From positions 288,001 to 352,000 of the forward strand of contig CBDCXV010000011.1 in assembly GCA_965223905.1 (NCBI GenBank): 64,000 nucleotides of DNA. Direction: 5' to 3'. The notes under the pieces were generated by a model. It saw only the letters and a program-made list of their open reading frames with translations, was not told the DNA's origin and searched no databases. Positions 63,591-64,000 of the stretch are shown one piece after another (the stretch's first letter is position 1; each line of letters opens with the position of its first letter). Made by a program: the position numbers and the translations under genes. This stretch comes from Candidatus Latescibacterota bacterium (GTDB lineage Bacteria; Latescibacterota; UBA2968; UBA8231).

Positions 63591-64000
63591 CGGAACGTGT
63601 CATGGGAATGAGACACTTCGCGAAAAAGTTTACTGTCCTATTCGTGCGCATTCGATGGTGGTCGGAGGTGGGTTGATCCACACTTCGGCCGGTATTTTCG
63701 GCGCCTTAGGAGGACCCTTTACAAAGCGCTCGGGATGTCGTGTGTAGGCATCCTCGAGGATGCGTTGCCGCGCTGACTGGAGCTCCTCGGCGCGCCCCTG
63801 ATGTACTGCCTCCGGGGTCAGCAGGCCCAGTCCACTATGACGATGCTGGGTGTTGTACCACAGAAAGAACGAACGCAAATAGGTCCGCGCCTGCTCCGGG
63901 TCGGCAAAGCGGCCCGGGTACGTCGGTGCGTATTTCACCGTCTTGAACTGGCTTTCCGAATAGGGGTTGTCGTCGGCGGTTCGCGGGCGGCTGTAGCTGG
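63591..64000 (-). mobile_element. IS3-family element, 3' part (runs off the window end)
   Basis: SRPRTADDNPYSESQFKTVKY...WYNTQHRHSGLGLLTP...VWINPP, stop at 63630; terminal-like GTGTCTCATTCCCATGACACGTTCCG. Confidence 0.88.

Overview
This is GC-rich bacterial chromosomal DNA. A secreted protein with a dockerin-like EF-hand pair and a 'QNAPNPFN' C-terminal domain, a YWTD-repeat fragment and a short RpoD-like sigma suggest an FCB-superphylum organism of the Latescibacterota/Gemmatimonadota type (inference only). Bases 1-51,900 are mostly housekeeping and metabolic genes: a diadenylate cyclase, OmpA, sigma-70, beta-oxidation genes, dxr, rny, a KamA-like radical SAM, sod, iscU, an aldehyde dehydrogenase, a SNF2 helicase, ppx, a GT2/radical SAM cluster, eno, ssb and an orphan ftsA. 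This part also holds tRNA-Asn, with an IS4 and a decayed IS3 beside it. From tRNA-Thr (51806-51881) to the end lies a mosaic island of gene fragments. Three observations stand out. (1) A secreted protein with a 175-residue tract made only of D/E/G/N sits 16 bp upstream of a homolog of the vitamin-K-dependent gamma-glutamyl carboxylase, a candidate bacterial Gla-protein system. (2) Three same-orientation copies of an 82-bp attachment-site-like arm keep exact spacing: a tRNA/tmRNA-type CCAC(C/A)A core, an IHF-like site and GTTAT direct repeats. (3) A type 3 BREX locus has collapsed by an in-frame helicase-pglZ fusion. Many single-base frameshifts, including one in enolase, fall in short homopolymers and may be sequencing errors. 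All product calls come from motif recognition; no database search was run.
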